A stretch of 57,449 nucleotides of DNA from Prorocentrum cordatum (GCA_963575745.1 CAUYUJ010000023.1:62001-119449); one strand, 5' to 3'; shown: positions 34,531 to 48,414, counted from the stretch's first letter. Notes: generated from the sequence alone by a model not told the origin. Numbers and translations are program-made.

Positions 34531-34531
<1 letters not shown>
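33771..34531. mobile_element. (GTT)n-flanked SINE-like element, copy 2
   Basis: Almost identical to 49275-50035. Confidence 0.85.
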
Positions 34532-34588
<57 letters not shown>

Positions 34589-35659
34589 GTCGTTTGTTGT
34601 TGTTTCTGCTGCTGTTGTTGTTGTTGTTGTTGTTGTCATTAGTGTTGTTGACCTCTCATTCCTGAAGAACAATTATTGTTGATCCCCCCCACCGGTGCAT
34701 ACTGTTTTTTCTGAATCAAAGTGTGCCCCTCGACGCTCGCACCCTGTTTCTTGACAGGGAAAGTCTTGACGTTCAAACTGGGCCCCTGGCCCCCCGGGTT
34801 ACACAAACAACGGCTCCCGCCTGGGACTTCCTCACAATTTAGCCAGGACCCCCTCTCCCGCCCGAGACTTCCTCGCATTTTATTCAGGAATCGCGCTCTC
34901 GTTTGGGACTTCCTCACAATTTATTCAGGAATCGCTCTCCTGGCGCTCTGGAGTCGCGCTCTCGCTGGAGACTTGCTTGCAATTTACCGAGGAATAGCGC
35001 CCTTGCGTTGGAATTTCTTTCAATTTGCTCAAGCGCCGCGCTCCCAACACCCAGGCACCCAGGAGTCGCGCCCGTTGTTACCCCATGTGCATGCCCTTCG
35101 TGGCCCCGCTGTCGCCGTCTGTGGCCCTCTCACTGTCCCACGTGGCACAGTTGCTACCCTCAGTGGCCCCATCGTTGCCTTCTGTGGCCCCGCATTATTT
35201 GCCCTTCGTGGCCCCCGCTCGTTCGCGCTCTTCGTGGCCCCATACGCATTCCCTTCGTGTCCCCGCTGTTGCCCTTCGTGGCCTACTTCGTGTCCTTCGT
35301 GGCCCTGCTGTCGTTCTCTCTCGCTCTCGCTTTCGCTCGTCGTCGCCGTCGTTGTCGTCGTCGCCGTCGTCGTCGACGTCGTCTTCGTCGTCGTCGTCGT
35401 CGTCGTCGTGATCGGTCCCGTGTCCGTCCCTCTTGGGGTCGGGTCGACGGTCCGCGGCCGCCCCGCCGATCAGCGCTGCCGCTGGCCAGGCCGACGGTCC
35501 GCGGCCGCCCTGTCGCTTGCTGGGGCCCGACCTGCAGGGAAGAAAGGTATACCCCCCAAAAGGGGTTCGATCGACGACGAAGAGGGCGGGTATCGAGGGT
35601 TTGGGAAATATGCGTTATTTGACACTCGAGCAGATAAGGGCGAACAGTCTTAAATGATG

Positions 35660-35872
35660 GTTATTGTTGTTGTTGTTGTTATTGTTGTTGTTGTTGTTGT
35701 TGTTGTGGTTGTGGTTGTGGCTGTGATTGTGTGGTTGTTCTTGTTCTTCGTGTTGTTAGTACTACTCGTATCAGCATCGTTGTCATTATCATTCTGCATT
35801 ATCACTATCAGGATAATGCGGAGGAGGAAGAGGAGGAGAAGGAAGAGGAGGAGGAGGTGGAGCAGGAGGAGG

Positions 35873-35918
<46 letters not shown>

Positions 35919-35951
35919 CGATGCTGATGCTGATGCTGGTGCTGATGCTGC

Positions 35952-36004
<53 letters not shown>

Positions 36005-36005
36005 C

Positions 36006-36053
<48 letters not shown>

Positions 36054-36272
36054 GAAGGAGGAGGACGAGGAGGAGGAGGAGCAAGAGGAGGAAGAGGAGG
36101 AGGAGGAGAAGGATGACGAGGAGGAGGAGGAGGAGGAGGAGGAGGAGGAGGAGGAGGAGGAGGAGGAGGAGTTGGAGGAGGAGGTGGAAGAGGCTGAGGA
36201 GGAGGCGGAAGAGGAGGACGAGGAAGAGGAGGAGAAGGAGGAGGAGGAGGAGGAGGAGGAGGAGGAGGAGGA
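35660..36272. repeat. Compound (GTT)/(GAG)/(GAT)/(GAG) microsatellite
   Basis: Seen directly. Confidence 0.9.
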
Positions 36273-37159
36273 GGGAGCACGACTCGAGAGACCTCTCCTG
36301 GACCTCCGAGAGGTCTTCCAGGAGGCCTCCCCAGGTCCTCCCAGAGGTCTCCGATGAAGCCTCCCATGGTCGTCCAGGAGGTCTCTGAAGAGGCCTCGCC
36401 TGGTCCTCCCCGAGACCTCCCGGACCACTCCTAGGAAATCCCTCCGAGGAGGAGGGGAGGTCTCCCGGAGACCCCCCTGGTCCTCTTCCCGAGACCTCTG
36501 GGAGACCTCTGCCATTGAAGCGCCCTGCGCTGCCGTTTCTGACTACGAGACGCCCGAGAGACCTCCCAGATCACCAGCGGAGGCCTCCTCAGAGACCTCC
36601 TGGAGGACCAGGCCCAGACCCCCGACGTCGTGATTTTTTCGCAGTGTCGTCCCGAGATGTCTGGACCCCTTCCCTGGGACCGGTTTTTGTCCCGACTCGT
36701 TTTTTGACGGTCCCGAGGCCTGGCGACAGCCCCTGGAGGTCGAAAATAGCGAGAAACCTCCCGTCGTGATTTTTTCACCTTGCGAGGGGGTCTGGGGGGA
36801 GGCCTCCTGGAGGTCTCCCCTGGTCCTCCTGGAGGTCTTGGGAGGTCTGGTGGAGGACCCGGGGAGGTTTCCAGAAGGGCTCCTCTCCCCGGGCGGAGGT
36901 CCCCCTTCGAAAGGTCTGGTGGAGGACCACGGGAGGTCTCCATGGGGCCTCCTCTCCCTGGGAGGAGGCCTCCTGAATGATCTGATGGAGGAGAAGGTAG
37001 CTCCCCAGACCTCTTCGCGTTGTGCAAATGAAACACACAGATTCCGCTATTCTCGGTCTCCAGGGGCCCTCGCCGGGCCTCAGGACTGTCAGAAAACGAC
37101 TCAGGATGAAAAACCGGTCCCCGGGAAGGGGTCCAGACTTTTTGGTGTCGATGTTGTTG

Positions 37160-38307
37160 AACATTATTACTTCTAAAGAATAATTATTGTTGGGACCCCT
37201 GGTGCGCGACCCCCCTCCAAAACCTAGGCCGCAGCTACATTTTCATCATTTTTTAGCGAAAGCTTCAGAAAAGTGAATTGTTACCGGATCCGGTTGTTTT
37301 GTTGTACTCCGTTTTCCCTTGCAAAAAACACTATAAAATGAAAATTCTTGTTCTTACTTGATCAAATTGCAAGAATCCCTTGCAAAAAATAAGGTAAAGT
37401 GGACATTCGTGCGCGCAAGACGAAATCCTTCCAAAACCTTAGGTTTCGTAACGATTTTAACATAAAAACATCAAAAACCCAATGGTTTTTTAAGAAAAAA
37501 TTGTCAAAATGTCCTTCCGCGCGCGCTGTCCGAATCCCACAAAACCAATGGTTTTTCAACATTTATGTTATATGAGCTCGCGCGAGCTACTTTTTCTTGT
37601 TCTAACATAATCAAATTTCAATAATCCCTTGCAAAAAATAAGGTAAAGTGGACATTCGCGCGCGCAAGACGAAATCCTTCCAGAACCTTAGGTTTCGTAG
37701 CGATTTCAACATAAAAACATCAAAAACCCAATGGTTTTTCAAAAAAAAATGTCCAAATTTCATCCCGCGCGCGCTGTCCGACTCCCACAAAACCAATGGT
37801 TTTTCAACATTTATGTTACATGAGCTCGCGCGAGCTACTTTTTCTTGTTCTAACATAATCAATATTCCCTTGCAAAAAAAAGTAAAGTGGACATTCGCGC
37901 GCGCAAGACCAACAAAAAACACGACGATCTCAGGAACTTGCCCCAAAAATGTGACCAACTCCGCTCTCTCTGTCTCTCTCTCTGTCTGCTCTCTGTCTCT
38001 CTCTCTGTCTGTCTGTGTCATGTATTGTATGTCACAATTGCAGGATGCTGGGCACACGCGCGCCCCGAATAAGTGACCAAGTTCTGTGGGTGTGTACCCC
38101 ACGCCAGTGTAGTAGCCACGGTCGTCCGCACGCCACGAAGTGAAGTGTCCCAACGTCATAGGGCGGGAAGCTGGGTTTGGGTGGTCGCGAAGAGTCGTTT
38201 GGATATTTGGTAGAGCTTGAACTGCCCCCCCACGAAGTGGGGGTATTGTCTCGCGTCGCATGAAAACCCTGGCACTGGTGAGAACACTGAGCGTTCGGGT
38301 AAAATGA
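37160..38307. mobile_element. (GTT)n-associated SINE-like element, diverged long variant (copy 3)
   Basis: Same left terminus and related right portion. An internal ~250-bp block is duplicated (TGCAAAAAATAAGGTAAAGTGGACATTCG at ~37381 and ~37630, partial at ~37870) and the middle differs. Confidence 0.8.
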
Positions 38308-38980
<673 letters not shown>

Positions 38981-39808
38981 TAGGTGGAGGAGGAGGACGA
39001 CGAGGACGACGAGGAGGAGGGAGGAGGAGGAGGAAGGAGGAGGAAGATGAGGAGGAGGAAGGAGGAGGAAGAGGAGGAGGAAGGAGGGAGGGAGGGGGAG
39101 GGAGGAAGAAGGGAGGGAGGGAGGGAGGGAGGGAGGGAGGGAGGGAGGGAGGGAGGGAGGGAGGAGGAGGAGGAGGAGGAGGAGGAGGAGGAGGAGGAGG
39201 GAAAAGTCAAGACGTCGGGGGTCTGGGTCGCTACCCATACACCCTTCCCCTTCTCCCGCCTGCCTTCCCCTCCGCCCCCTTCCTCCTTCTTCCCTGAGAT
39301 CCGACGTCAACGACAGAATTCAGCAGCGCGGCAAGTTGCGACGAGCTCAGTACCGAGTTTTCTGTGGCAAGCTTCGAGCCAGATCTGTCTGTGGTGGTCC
39401 TGGGGCCCGAAGCTGAGCGAAAACGCCTCGTGCGAAACGATTGGTGACACCCGGGTCTCAGGGCTTGCCTCCTCGCCCACCCGCCCGCTTCAGCTGTAGC
39501 CCTCCGCCTTAGCCCTGGGCGAGCTCGGTGCAATGCTTTTGCGCCGGCGGCTAGGCGGAGGGTGACTGCGCTGGCGATGAATGGCATGAGCGGGGGTACC
39601 GTTGGGCCGTCGGGGGCCATAATATCTCCCCAGATTTCATGGCGCCTCTTCTTATTTGGATGCGTCACTGCCTCCCCCCCCCCCCTGGGCCGCGCACATG
39701 CCGCTGGCCACGACTTGCGCTCCTCCCCTCCTGGACGCCCCCCTCCTCGCCGCACCCGACAGGAGGAGGATGGAGGAGGGGCGGTGCGATGCAAGAAGCG
39801 GCCCTCAG

Positions 39809-39848
39809 CGACACGGTCCTTGCAGACACGCTCTCCGTCAGCGACACG
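39809..39848 (+). CDS. Host 12-aa-repeat protein, exon B ((S)DTVLADTLSVSDT)
   Basis: CAG acceptor and G|GC donor; joins exons A and C in frame and in repeat register. Confidence 0.75.
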
Positions 39849-42385
39849 GCCCGCCCCTCGGGACCGGCCGCGGAGGGGGGCACCTCTTGGGGCGGCCGCG
39901 GGGGAGGCGGGGCCCCGGCGCGCCCCGCCCGGGCCCCACTCGCGTCGTGAAGAAGCCACGGCTGACGGGCAGGCAGACAGACAGGCAGGCCCGCATTCCA
40001 GCCCCGGAGGGCGGTCCACAGAGGGCAGGCGCGTGGGACACGCAGTCCCCCACGCGGGAAAGACCGGGGCCAACATTGGCCTTTGCTATTTTCGGCCTCT
40101 GGGGGCCCTCGCTGGGCCCCAGGACAGTCAACAGAGTGGATCGGGACGAAAATCCGGGCCCGGTGGATGGGTCGAGACTGTTCTGGGAGTCCACGCCGGG
40201 AACAAGTCACGACGCTGCGGGCCTGGGCATGCAGCATGCAGAAGCGTCTCTCAGAGCGCTGGCGCTCTTAGGTGTGCCGAGTGTGCCGCGGGTCGGTTCG
40301 GCGATGCCCACGTCGGTCGGCATGCTCGTCTGTGCGTGCCAGTCTGGGGTGGCCAGGCGAGGCGGCCAACCGCTGGCTTATGGGGCTCTGGGGGGCCAGG
40401 AAGGATCTTTCGCGCGTGGCCTGTGGGTCAAGCCCTTCGCTCCGCATTCAGCTCTCCTCTCCATTTCGTTTGGCTTCTCCGCACATCCTCAGTTGGCAGC
40501 TGCCAGCTGTGGGCCTCCGACCTACTACCCTTGAGGCCTCAACCTGGTATGTGTCTTTCACCCTCTTCTTCGCCCGTGGGCTTGGTGGCTTCACGCGTCC
40601 CTAAACTCTACACGTACTTTTTTTGACGCTGCTTGGCCCCTGGGCCCAGCTTCACCCTGGGCTGCGCCACGACGGGACACCGAGGGGCACCGCTTGACAC
40701 CACGGAGTACTCCGGCGGACATCCCAGCGGACCACCTGCACCAGGAGGAGGAGGACGAGGAGGAGGAGGAGGAGGAGGAGGAGGAGGAGGAGGAGGAGGA
40801 GGAGGAGGAGGAGGAGGAGGATCGGGGGGGAAGAGGAGCACGAGCAGCAATTGGAGGGGGATGACAGGGAGGAACGGGAAAAGAGGGAAGGAATTGGGGG
40901 AGTGGGACGCGGAGGCGCGTGGGCACGCGGGGTCGGCGGGCGATGAGGTTTTCGAAGGTGGGTCGCAGCTGGTGGGGTCGGGTCGAGCTGGAGGCTGCTC
41001 GTTCGACCGAGGACTGGGCCACGTGCCCTTCCCTGCACACCAGCTCCATGCCTTCTTTAAGAAGCCCTTGTGCTGTGCTGGAGTGGTAGCGCGGCGGTGC
41101 GAAGGAGTGCTCTCTTGCACGGCATTGTTGGGGCATCCTGGGCCCTCGTGGGCCTCTCTTGATGCCATCTTGTGTCTACTCTCGGACCTTCTTGGGACCC
41201 CCTCGGGGCTCCTCGGGACCATTGGGGTGGTCTCGGGATCGCTTGAGACCCTTTGTGGCCATAGGGATAACGACGAAGGGTTCCAAAGGCGCACAGACAC
41301 ATTAGTTTGCTATGGTTTTGTTACCTTCCCAGAGGGTTTTGCTGTAGGCTTCTTTGAGTTTTCTTCTGGGCCTCTCGGGGACTCTCTTGAATCTGGCCCC
41401 CCCTGGGCCCAATCGAACCCCGAACCGTTTCGGGCCTCGAGAGAGGCCTGTTTGGGTTCCTCGCAGGGTTTGTCTGGGGCGCCATGGGTTGGAAGCTTGA
41501 CGCTGCACGTGGAGCGTTGAAATCAATCAGCTCAAGTTCGAGTTGATGGTTTGGCATTAAGATTTACAGGCAAGTGCGAACACCAAGAGCTAACAACGGA
41601 CCCATGGCTCATATCGATGCAAATACCAGCAACCGTGTAACACACGAGTGCGAATTGATTTCTGAAACAACACGTGAAACTCATGAGGAGCGCGCGGGAA
41701 CTCATGAGGAGTGCGCGGTGTGGATGCCCAAACGAGTGATCACGTGAACCAGCGGTTCACAAACTCATCCCGAATCTAGAATTCAAGAAACATCGGCGAG
41801 AAGACGCATTGATGACCCCATCGAACGTAACCCCAGAAAGGGCGGTGAATGAAATGGAGACTCAGCACAAAGTCATCCGCTGAAGAAGCGGTGGCGAAAG
41901 CGGCAGGGAGAGAGGGGGAAGAGGGAACATGACGAGACAAGCACACACTCCAGGTCACAATGCGACGTAGTAATATCGATATCGATCCAATTGTGGCATC
42001 TCTGCTGGTGCTCGCGACGGTTTTTGTGAGGGTGCCGTCCACCCTGGGCGGTCCACGCACCCGTGGATTTCATCTTCTTCCCACTCCTCCCCGTCTAGAC
42101 CTGCCCGTTTCTGCCTCGTGGAGGCTTCTTGGAGCCATCGTGGGAGGAACGGGAGGAGGAGGAGGGGGAGGAGGAGGAGGACGAGGAGGAGGAGGAGGAG
42201 GAGGAGGAGGAGAAGTAGGAAGAGGAGGGGGAGGATGATAGGGGGAGGAGCAGGAAGAGGGGGCGGGCGGGGAGGGGAATGAAGGAGCAGGGAGGGGGCC
42301 AGGGGGGGAGAGGCGCTGAGGGATGGGGTTAGGGGCATTGAGGAGGCCTGGGCCTGGCCCCTCCCGCCTACCTGGCGTGCGCGAG

Positions 42386-42504
42386 GTGAGACTCGGCAGC
42401 ACCCTCTCCGTCACGAACGAGGTGCGGTTAGGAGACAAGCTGTCCGTCCAGAAGATTGTGCTCTTCGGAAGCGCGATGTCCGTCGAAGAGACGGCCTTCT
42501 TGGG
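42386..42504 (+). CDS. Host 12-aa-repeat protein, exon C (VRLGSTLSVTNEVRLGDKLSVQKIVLFGSAMSVEETAFL(G))
   Basis: GAG|G acceptor, three clear 12-aa units and G|GA donor. Confidence 0.88.
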
Positions 42505-45124
42505 GACCGCGCCTCCGCTCTCTCAGCCTCGGCCGGCCGCGAGCCGCCGCCGCCGCCGCCCCGCCCCCCCCACCGCCCGCGCCACGCCCCCACGCCTCCT
42601 CACCGCCAGCCCCCTCTGCCCAGGGAAGGAGGAGGAGGAGGCGGAGGGAGGAGGAGGAGGAGGAGGAGGAGGAGGAGGAGGAGGAGAGGAGGAGGAGGAG
42701 GAGGAGGAGGAGGAGGAGAGGAGGAGGAGGAGGAGGGAGGAGAGGAGCAGCACCTCTGCCCCCCCCCCCCCCCCCCCCCCATCTGCACGCCCCCCCGCCT
42801 CCCCCGCCCGGCACGCTCTGCCTGCCTACTCGTCGCCCTGCGTCGCCGCCCTGTCCCTCGCCCATCGCCCGCCCCTCCCGACCAGCCGCGCCCCCCCCCT
42901 CCCTCTTGCCTCCGCGCAGACCCAAGAAGGTGCGGGCGGACCTCGGGAAGTTCTCGTGTGCATGCGTGCAGCTTCCTCTCCCTCTCCGAGTGCTCGAGCT
43001 TCCACCGTGGCGCTGGGCCGCTCGTTAAGCGCTTCAGGAGAGAGAGAGTGAGGGAGAGAGAGAGAGAGAGTGAGAAGCTGCAGTCGCACGATGCGCTGTG
43101 CTGCGGTCGCACGCTGCTGCTCGCGTGCCAGACGCGCCTCCGCCCTCCTCGCCTCTCTGGGGAAGGGCAAAGCCGAGCGGGTCCCATGCCGTCGCCTCGC
43201 TTCCGCCCTGCCGTTTTTTTTTCTCCTTCTTTTTCCCTTTTCGTCGCCCTTCTTCTGGAGGTGTGCGGCGGGGGAGGGCGGGCAGGACGAGGGAAGGGCG
43301 GGACACCGAGAGAGAGAGGGCCGCCCCCCCCCCCCGCGCTCTGCTCCCCCCTGCCGAGAGCACTCCGCTGCAGCGCGCACGCCTCGCTGTCGCTCCAGGC
43401 CCTTGGGCGCACGTCTACCGTCCCGCGTGGCTGGCATTCCGCATCGAATCGGGAAGCTGGATCGAAAATCGGAACGCGCGTCGAGTCGGACGGGGCCAGG
43501 ACGAGGATGGAGCCGTTCCGGGGCGTTCTGGAACGCTCCGAGGAGGCCGCGGCGCCCGAGGCAGGCTCCGAGGAGCCGCCGATCTCCGAGATTTTCGACG
43601 TATCCTCGCTCGATTTTGGCCTCGTCCTGGCTCCGTCGTGTCGGCTCGGGCGGCGTCGGCACGGCGTCGAGGTCGAGCCGCCTCGGATGAGGGCCGGACG
43701 GGTGGCAGGGGAGGGAGGGCCCTCCCTCGGGCGAGGGGCAGCGGCTCGGCAGCAAGTCGTGGGAGCCCGGTATATACCCTGGTGATTCCGTCTGTAGCGC
43801 CGACCAGCGCCGATGCAGCGCCGATGCAGCGCCGATTCAGCGTCCGTTCGGCGTCGATTCGGCGTCGACTCGCACGAGCCCGCACGGTGGCCTGGGAGGC
43901 AACAGGCGTGGGGGATCAGGGGCTTCGGGCAGGTGGCCCTGGTCGCAGGGGCCCTGCGCCGCTCCGGGGCCTGCCACCGCGGGCCCCGGAGGTGCGCGCT
44001 CCTTCGCCCCATGTCTTGCGGTGCATCTTTGGGGGGCCTCGCCTGGCCCCCCAGACCGGTGTCTTTTCTTGTGCCCGACGCGGGCTCGGTGCGGGCTCGA
44101 CGCTTCTTTGGCGTGGGCTCGACGCGGATTCGGCACGGGTTCGACACGGATCCGACGAGGCCGACATGGATACGACACGGGTTCGACGCGGACAGGGCCG
44201 CGACGGGACGCACAACATATTCATTGCCCCCCCTGGTGACGAACACCCGACGCCCGTGCGGCGGACATCGGCAGCCGGGTCGCACACACACACGAGAAGC
44301 CGCGCCTAGACGGCGCATCGGCACAGAAATGTTGTTAACATGCACATGTGGGAAGACATAGGAAATAAATACGCCATGCAGGTGGGATGGGATGAGATCA
44401 CCAGCAATCTTTGTACTTGGCGACCCGCTGTTCGTTAACTTGCAAGCGAAACTTGCGGAGGAGGAGGAGGAGGAGGAGGAGGAGGAGGAGGAGGAGGAGG
44501 AGGAGGAGGGGGAGGAGGAGGAGGAGGAGGAGGGGGAGGAGGAGGAGGAGGAGGAGGAGGAGGAGGAGGAGGGGAAGTCGAATCGGCGGCAGTCGGCAGG
44601 CTTGTAAGGCCTCCGTTGAGAAGTCGGGGTCCGAAGCGGAAGCCGACGTCGAATTGAGTCGGACTCGGAAGCCATCGCAGGCGAATCCTGGAGGAGTAGT
44701 CGAGCTGAGCCCTGGAACCCATGGAGTAGCGAGTCCGTCTGAAACCATCGGAATCACATCGGAGGAGTCGAGCTGAGCCCTGGAAGGGGGTGGGTGGGAG
44801 CTGGGCGAGCTGAGGCAGGAATCGCCAGGCGCGCGGGCGGGGAGGTGCCGGGGGCAACCCCAGGGGGGGCGGGAATTCGAAGTCGAAGGTCGAACCGAGG
44901 TCGAATCAGATCGACTCGGAGGAGTCGAGGCGAGCCCTGCCCCGTCCCGCCCGCGGTTGGCCCCGCGGGGAGGAGGTGCCGCCGTGTGCCCTCCCCCGCC
45001 GATCTCCCTCCCCGCCCCCCCGCGGTTGCCTCCGGCACCGCCCCCGCGCCCGCGCACCCGGTGATCCCCGCCGTGGCTCGCCCAGCTCCCCCTCACACCC
45101 CCTCCTGGGGTCACTTCGACTCTT

Positions 45125-45272
45125 CGAAGAAGAAGAAACGTCATACACACAATCTTTTGGCGCTCCGCGCGGATTTCTTGGATCCGCGCTAGGCCCCCCT
45201 GGTGGCGGCGACGGAGGCGCCAGGGAGGGGGGTCCAGCGCAGATCCAGGACATCCGCGCAGAGCGCCAAAAG
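45125..45272. mobile_element. MITE-like palindromic element, copy 1 (right arm truncated)
   Basis: CTTTTGGCGCTCCGCGCGGATTTCTTGGATCCGCGCT (45154) is the imperfect reverse complement of AGCGCAGATCCAGGACATCCGCGCAGAGCGCCAAAAG (ends 45272). Confidence 0.7.
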
Positions 45273-45789
45273 TTTCCGATTCGATTCGATGTCGATGGCC
45301 TCCGAGGCCGCTTCGATTCGGCGCCGGATTCCGCTCTGGACTCCGACCTCTCCACGGAGGCGTTGCTGGCCTGCCGAGTCCTGCCGATTTGACTCCTCCC
45401 GACGCGGCTGCCGATTTTCCCGCGGATCCGAGCCGTTTCGATCGCTGATGCGACTTATCGATTCGATCTGGGGCTGTCCTGCCACCTTTTCTCGATTGAG
45501 GACAATCACGACTGCTTTTTTCTTGGCAAGTCTGGGCCTCCATGCAGGGGCCTCAGCCTGGGCCCGGGGGCCGTCAAGAGCCAGCTCGGGAGGAGAAGCC
45601 GGTCCGGGGGAGAGGGCCTAGACCTCTGGGTGTCCCCCGTTGTGGAAGAACTACCCTGACGTTTTCAACCTTTTCTACACATGTAGCGATTATACTCTGG
45701 ACCACTCAATGCTGACAGGCATTCTGAAGGACCCGCAGTGCGCAGAAAGAGCACCCAACAATGCTTTCAGAAGAGCGCAGCAAGAAGTC

Positions 45790-46893
45790 CCGTGGTGATC
45801 CGCGTATGACGTACCTCCGCTGGGCCTTCCAGGAGCCCACGGAAGTGGCGACAGTTGCGCAGATCGCAGCCCCCCAGGGGCGGCGAGGTCCCGTGGTGAT
45901 CCGCGTATGACGTACCTCCGCTGGGCCTCCCAGGAGCCCACGAAAGTGGCGACAGTTGCGCAGATCGAAACACCCCACGGGCGGCGAGGTCCTGTGGTGA
46001 TCCGCGTATGACGTACCTCCGCTGGGCCTCCCAGGAGCCCACGAAAGTGTCGACAGTTGCGCAGATCGCAGCCCCCCAGGGGCGGCGAGGTCCCGTGGTG
46101 ATCCACGTGGGACCCACCTCCGCTGGGCCTCCCAGGAGCCCACGAAAGTGTCGACAGTTGCGCAGATCGCAGCCCCCCAAAGGGGCGGCGAGGTACCGAT
46201 GTGATCCGCGTATGACGCACCTCCTCTTGGCCTCCCAGGAGCCCACGTAAGTGGCGACAGTTGCGCAGATCGCAGCCCCCCAGGGGCGGCGAGGTTCCGT
46301 GGTGATCCGCGTATGGCGTACCTCCGCTGGGCCTCCCAGGAGCCCACGAAAGTGGCGACAGTTGCGCAGATCGCAGCCCCCCAGGGGCGGCGAGATACCG
46401 AGGTGATCCACGTGGGACCCACCTCCGCTGGGCCTCCCAGGAGCCCATGAAAGTGGCGACAGTTGCGCAGATCGCAAGCCCCCCAGGGGGCGGCGAGGGA
46501 CCGAGGTGATCCGCGTGGGACCCACTTCCGCTGGGCCTTCCAGGAGCCCACGAAAGTGGCGACAGTTGCGCAGATCGCAAGCCCCCCAGGGGGCGGCGAG
46601 GTACCGAGGTGATCCGCGTGGGACCCACCTCCGCTGGGCCTCCCAGGAGCCCACGAAAGTGGCGACAGTTGCCCAGATCGCAAGCCCCCCAAAGGGGCGG
46701 CGAGGTACCGATGTGATCCGCGTGGAACCCACCTCCGCTGGGCCTTCCAGGAGCCCACGAAAGTGGCGACAGTTGCGCAGATCGCAAGGCCCCCAGGGGG
46801 CGGCGAGGTACCGAGGTGATCCGCGTGGGACCCACCTCGGCGGGGCCTCCCAGGAGCCCACGAAAGTGGCGACAGTTGCGCAGATTGCAGCCC
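45790..46893. repeat. 101-104-bp tandem minisatellite, ~11 copies, two unit subtypes
   Basis: GTGATCC..ACCTCCGCTGGGCCTCCCAGGAGCCCACGAAAGTGGCGACAGTTGCGCAGATCGCA units start at 45792, 45893, 45994, 46095 and onward. Confidence 0.95.
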
Positions 46894-47497
46894 GACGGCA
46901 CGAGGGAAGAGGAGAGGGGAACACCTGAAACAGGAGGGAAGGAGGAGGGGAGGAGAGGGGAGGAGAAGGAAGGACGGGGCGACCACACTGCTCTATTCAA
47001 AACGAGTGCCCAACACAGGGGGGTCGGGAAAAACAGAAATGGGTCCAGACCTGGGACCCACCTCTTCTCGGTTGAGACAAATCACGACTGCTTTTTCTTG
47101 GCAAGTCTGGGCCTCCATGCAGGGGCCTCAGCCTGGGCCCCGGGTCAGTCAAGAGCCAGCTCGGGAGGAGAAGCCCGTCCCGGGGAGAGGGTCTAGACCT
47201 CTGGGTGTCCCCCGTTGTGGAAGAAAAGCAGAGATGGGGCCGACTCCGGGGCGCTTCGAGCCTCCAGGCTGGGCCTCCTCGAGTCGGCCGCTCAGACAGA
47301 CGGCTGCAGGGGTCTCCGCGGCGGTCCGGGCCGTGCTCTCGTAGCGCCTGTGCGCGACGACGAGCCTCGGGCGTTGCCGCAACGCCGACCCGCACCGCTC
47401 GCTGGCTGCTGTGGGGCGCGCGCCCCCGATGCATACCGCGAAGCTCCACCCTCTGTCCCTTCTCGCGCAGGGGCAGTCTTTCCCGCACCGCCCGCAG

Positions 47498-47553
47498 GAG
47501 CTCCATGCCTCTTCAATCCTTTGCTCGACTGGGAAGCGCTTTGCTTGCGTTTG
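47498..47553 (+). CDS. Host 12-aa-repeat protein, exon D ((G)SSMPLQSFARLGSALLAF(G))
   Basis: CAG|G acceptor and G|GT donor; phases match exons C and E and the 12-aa register is preserved. Confidence 0.78.
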
Positions 47554-48009
47554 GTGCGGCGGGGCCAAACAACCAGCTCGCACCGAACGTGATCGTTGTC
47601 TTATTCATTGCTTTGCCGATCGGCGCGGGCCCTCGAGAACCCCCCCTCCCTCCCCCCGTGGAGTGGATCTTGGCTGTTTTTGGCGCCTGTTTCGAGCAGG
47701 TGGAGTCTCCCCCAGAGGACGCACTGCTGCAAGCAGTCGCATCAAGCAGGCAGAGGTCTGGAGCCAGACCTCCCCCCTGCCCCTCCCCTTCCGCCCAATG
47801 TCGAAACGCCGAATAAGAAAACGTTCACCATGGCTGCTCTTCTGCGGGGCTGGAGGCGGGAGCAGGACGGAGAGCGCTGGTCGACCGTACACCAGTGCCA
47901 GGGGAATGTAGCCGGGTGCAGCCGCCGTCGCTCTGGATCCGGTATGAGCCCTCGTGGGGGGCTCGCCCGGAGCCTCCGAGGAAGTGGTAGTGCTCGTCGG
48001 CCAGGGCTC

Positions 48010-48200
48010 GAAGAAGAACACAAACCCATTAAAACAAACTTTTGGCGCCTCGCTCGGATCTCTTGGATCCGCGCCGAACCCACCGGCGGCTCCTCCGGCG
48101 CCGCCCCTGGCGCGCTCCGCGCGCCAGGGAGGGTCCCAGTGCAGATCCAGGAAGTCCGTGCGGAGCGCCAACATCTGCATGTCTATGCCGTCTTCTTCTT
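48010..48200. mobile_element. MITE-like palindromic element, copy 2
   Basis: Same arms as 45125-45272, extended to GAAGAAGAA..CTTTTGGCGC on the left and GCGCCAAC..CGTCTTCTTC on the right. Confidence 0.65.
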
Positions 48201-48204
48201 GCTC

Positions 48205-48212
48205 TTGTTGTT

Positions 48213-48290
<78 letters not shown>

Positions 48291-48414
48291 GCTGTTGTTG
48301 CTGTTGTTTGTGTTTTTGCTGTTGTTGTGGTTGTTATTGTAATGGTTGTGGTTGTCGTTGTTGTTGTTGTTGTTGTTATTGCCTTTGTTGTTGTGGTTGT
48401 TGTTGCTGGTATCG

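Noticed and set aside
42999..43038. STVALGRSLSASG as an extra exon
   Set aside because: Its phase is incompatible with the exon C donor; probably a chance resemblance.
44405..44458. IFVLGDPLFVNLQAKLA as an extra exon of the 12-aa protein
   Set aside because: No AG acceptor in the phase and register needed between exons C and D, which already join exactly.
42600..44675. 691-aa and similar GC-rich ORFs (also 20678-22180)
   Set aside because: Low-complexity R/P/G/A content, crossing microsatellites and dispersed repeats, with overlapping ORFs in several frames and no domain motifs.
45690..47000. Three ~400-aa minus-strand ORFs, and a possible CRISPR array
   Set aside because: A stop-poor tandem repeat open in all three minus frames; no unique spacers and no cas genes.
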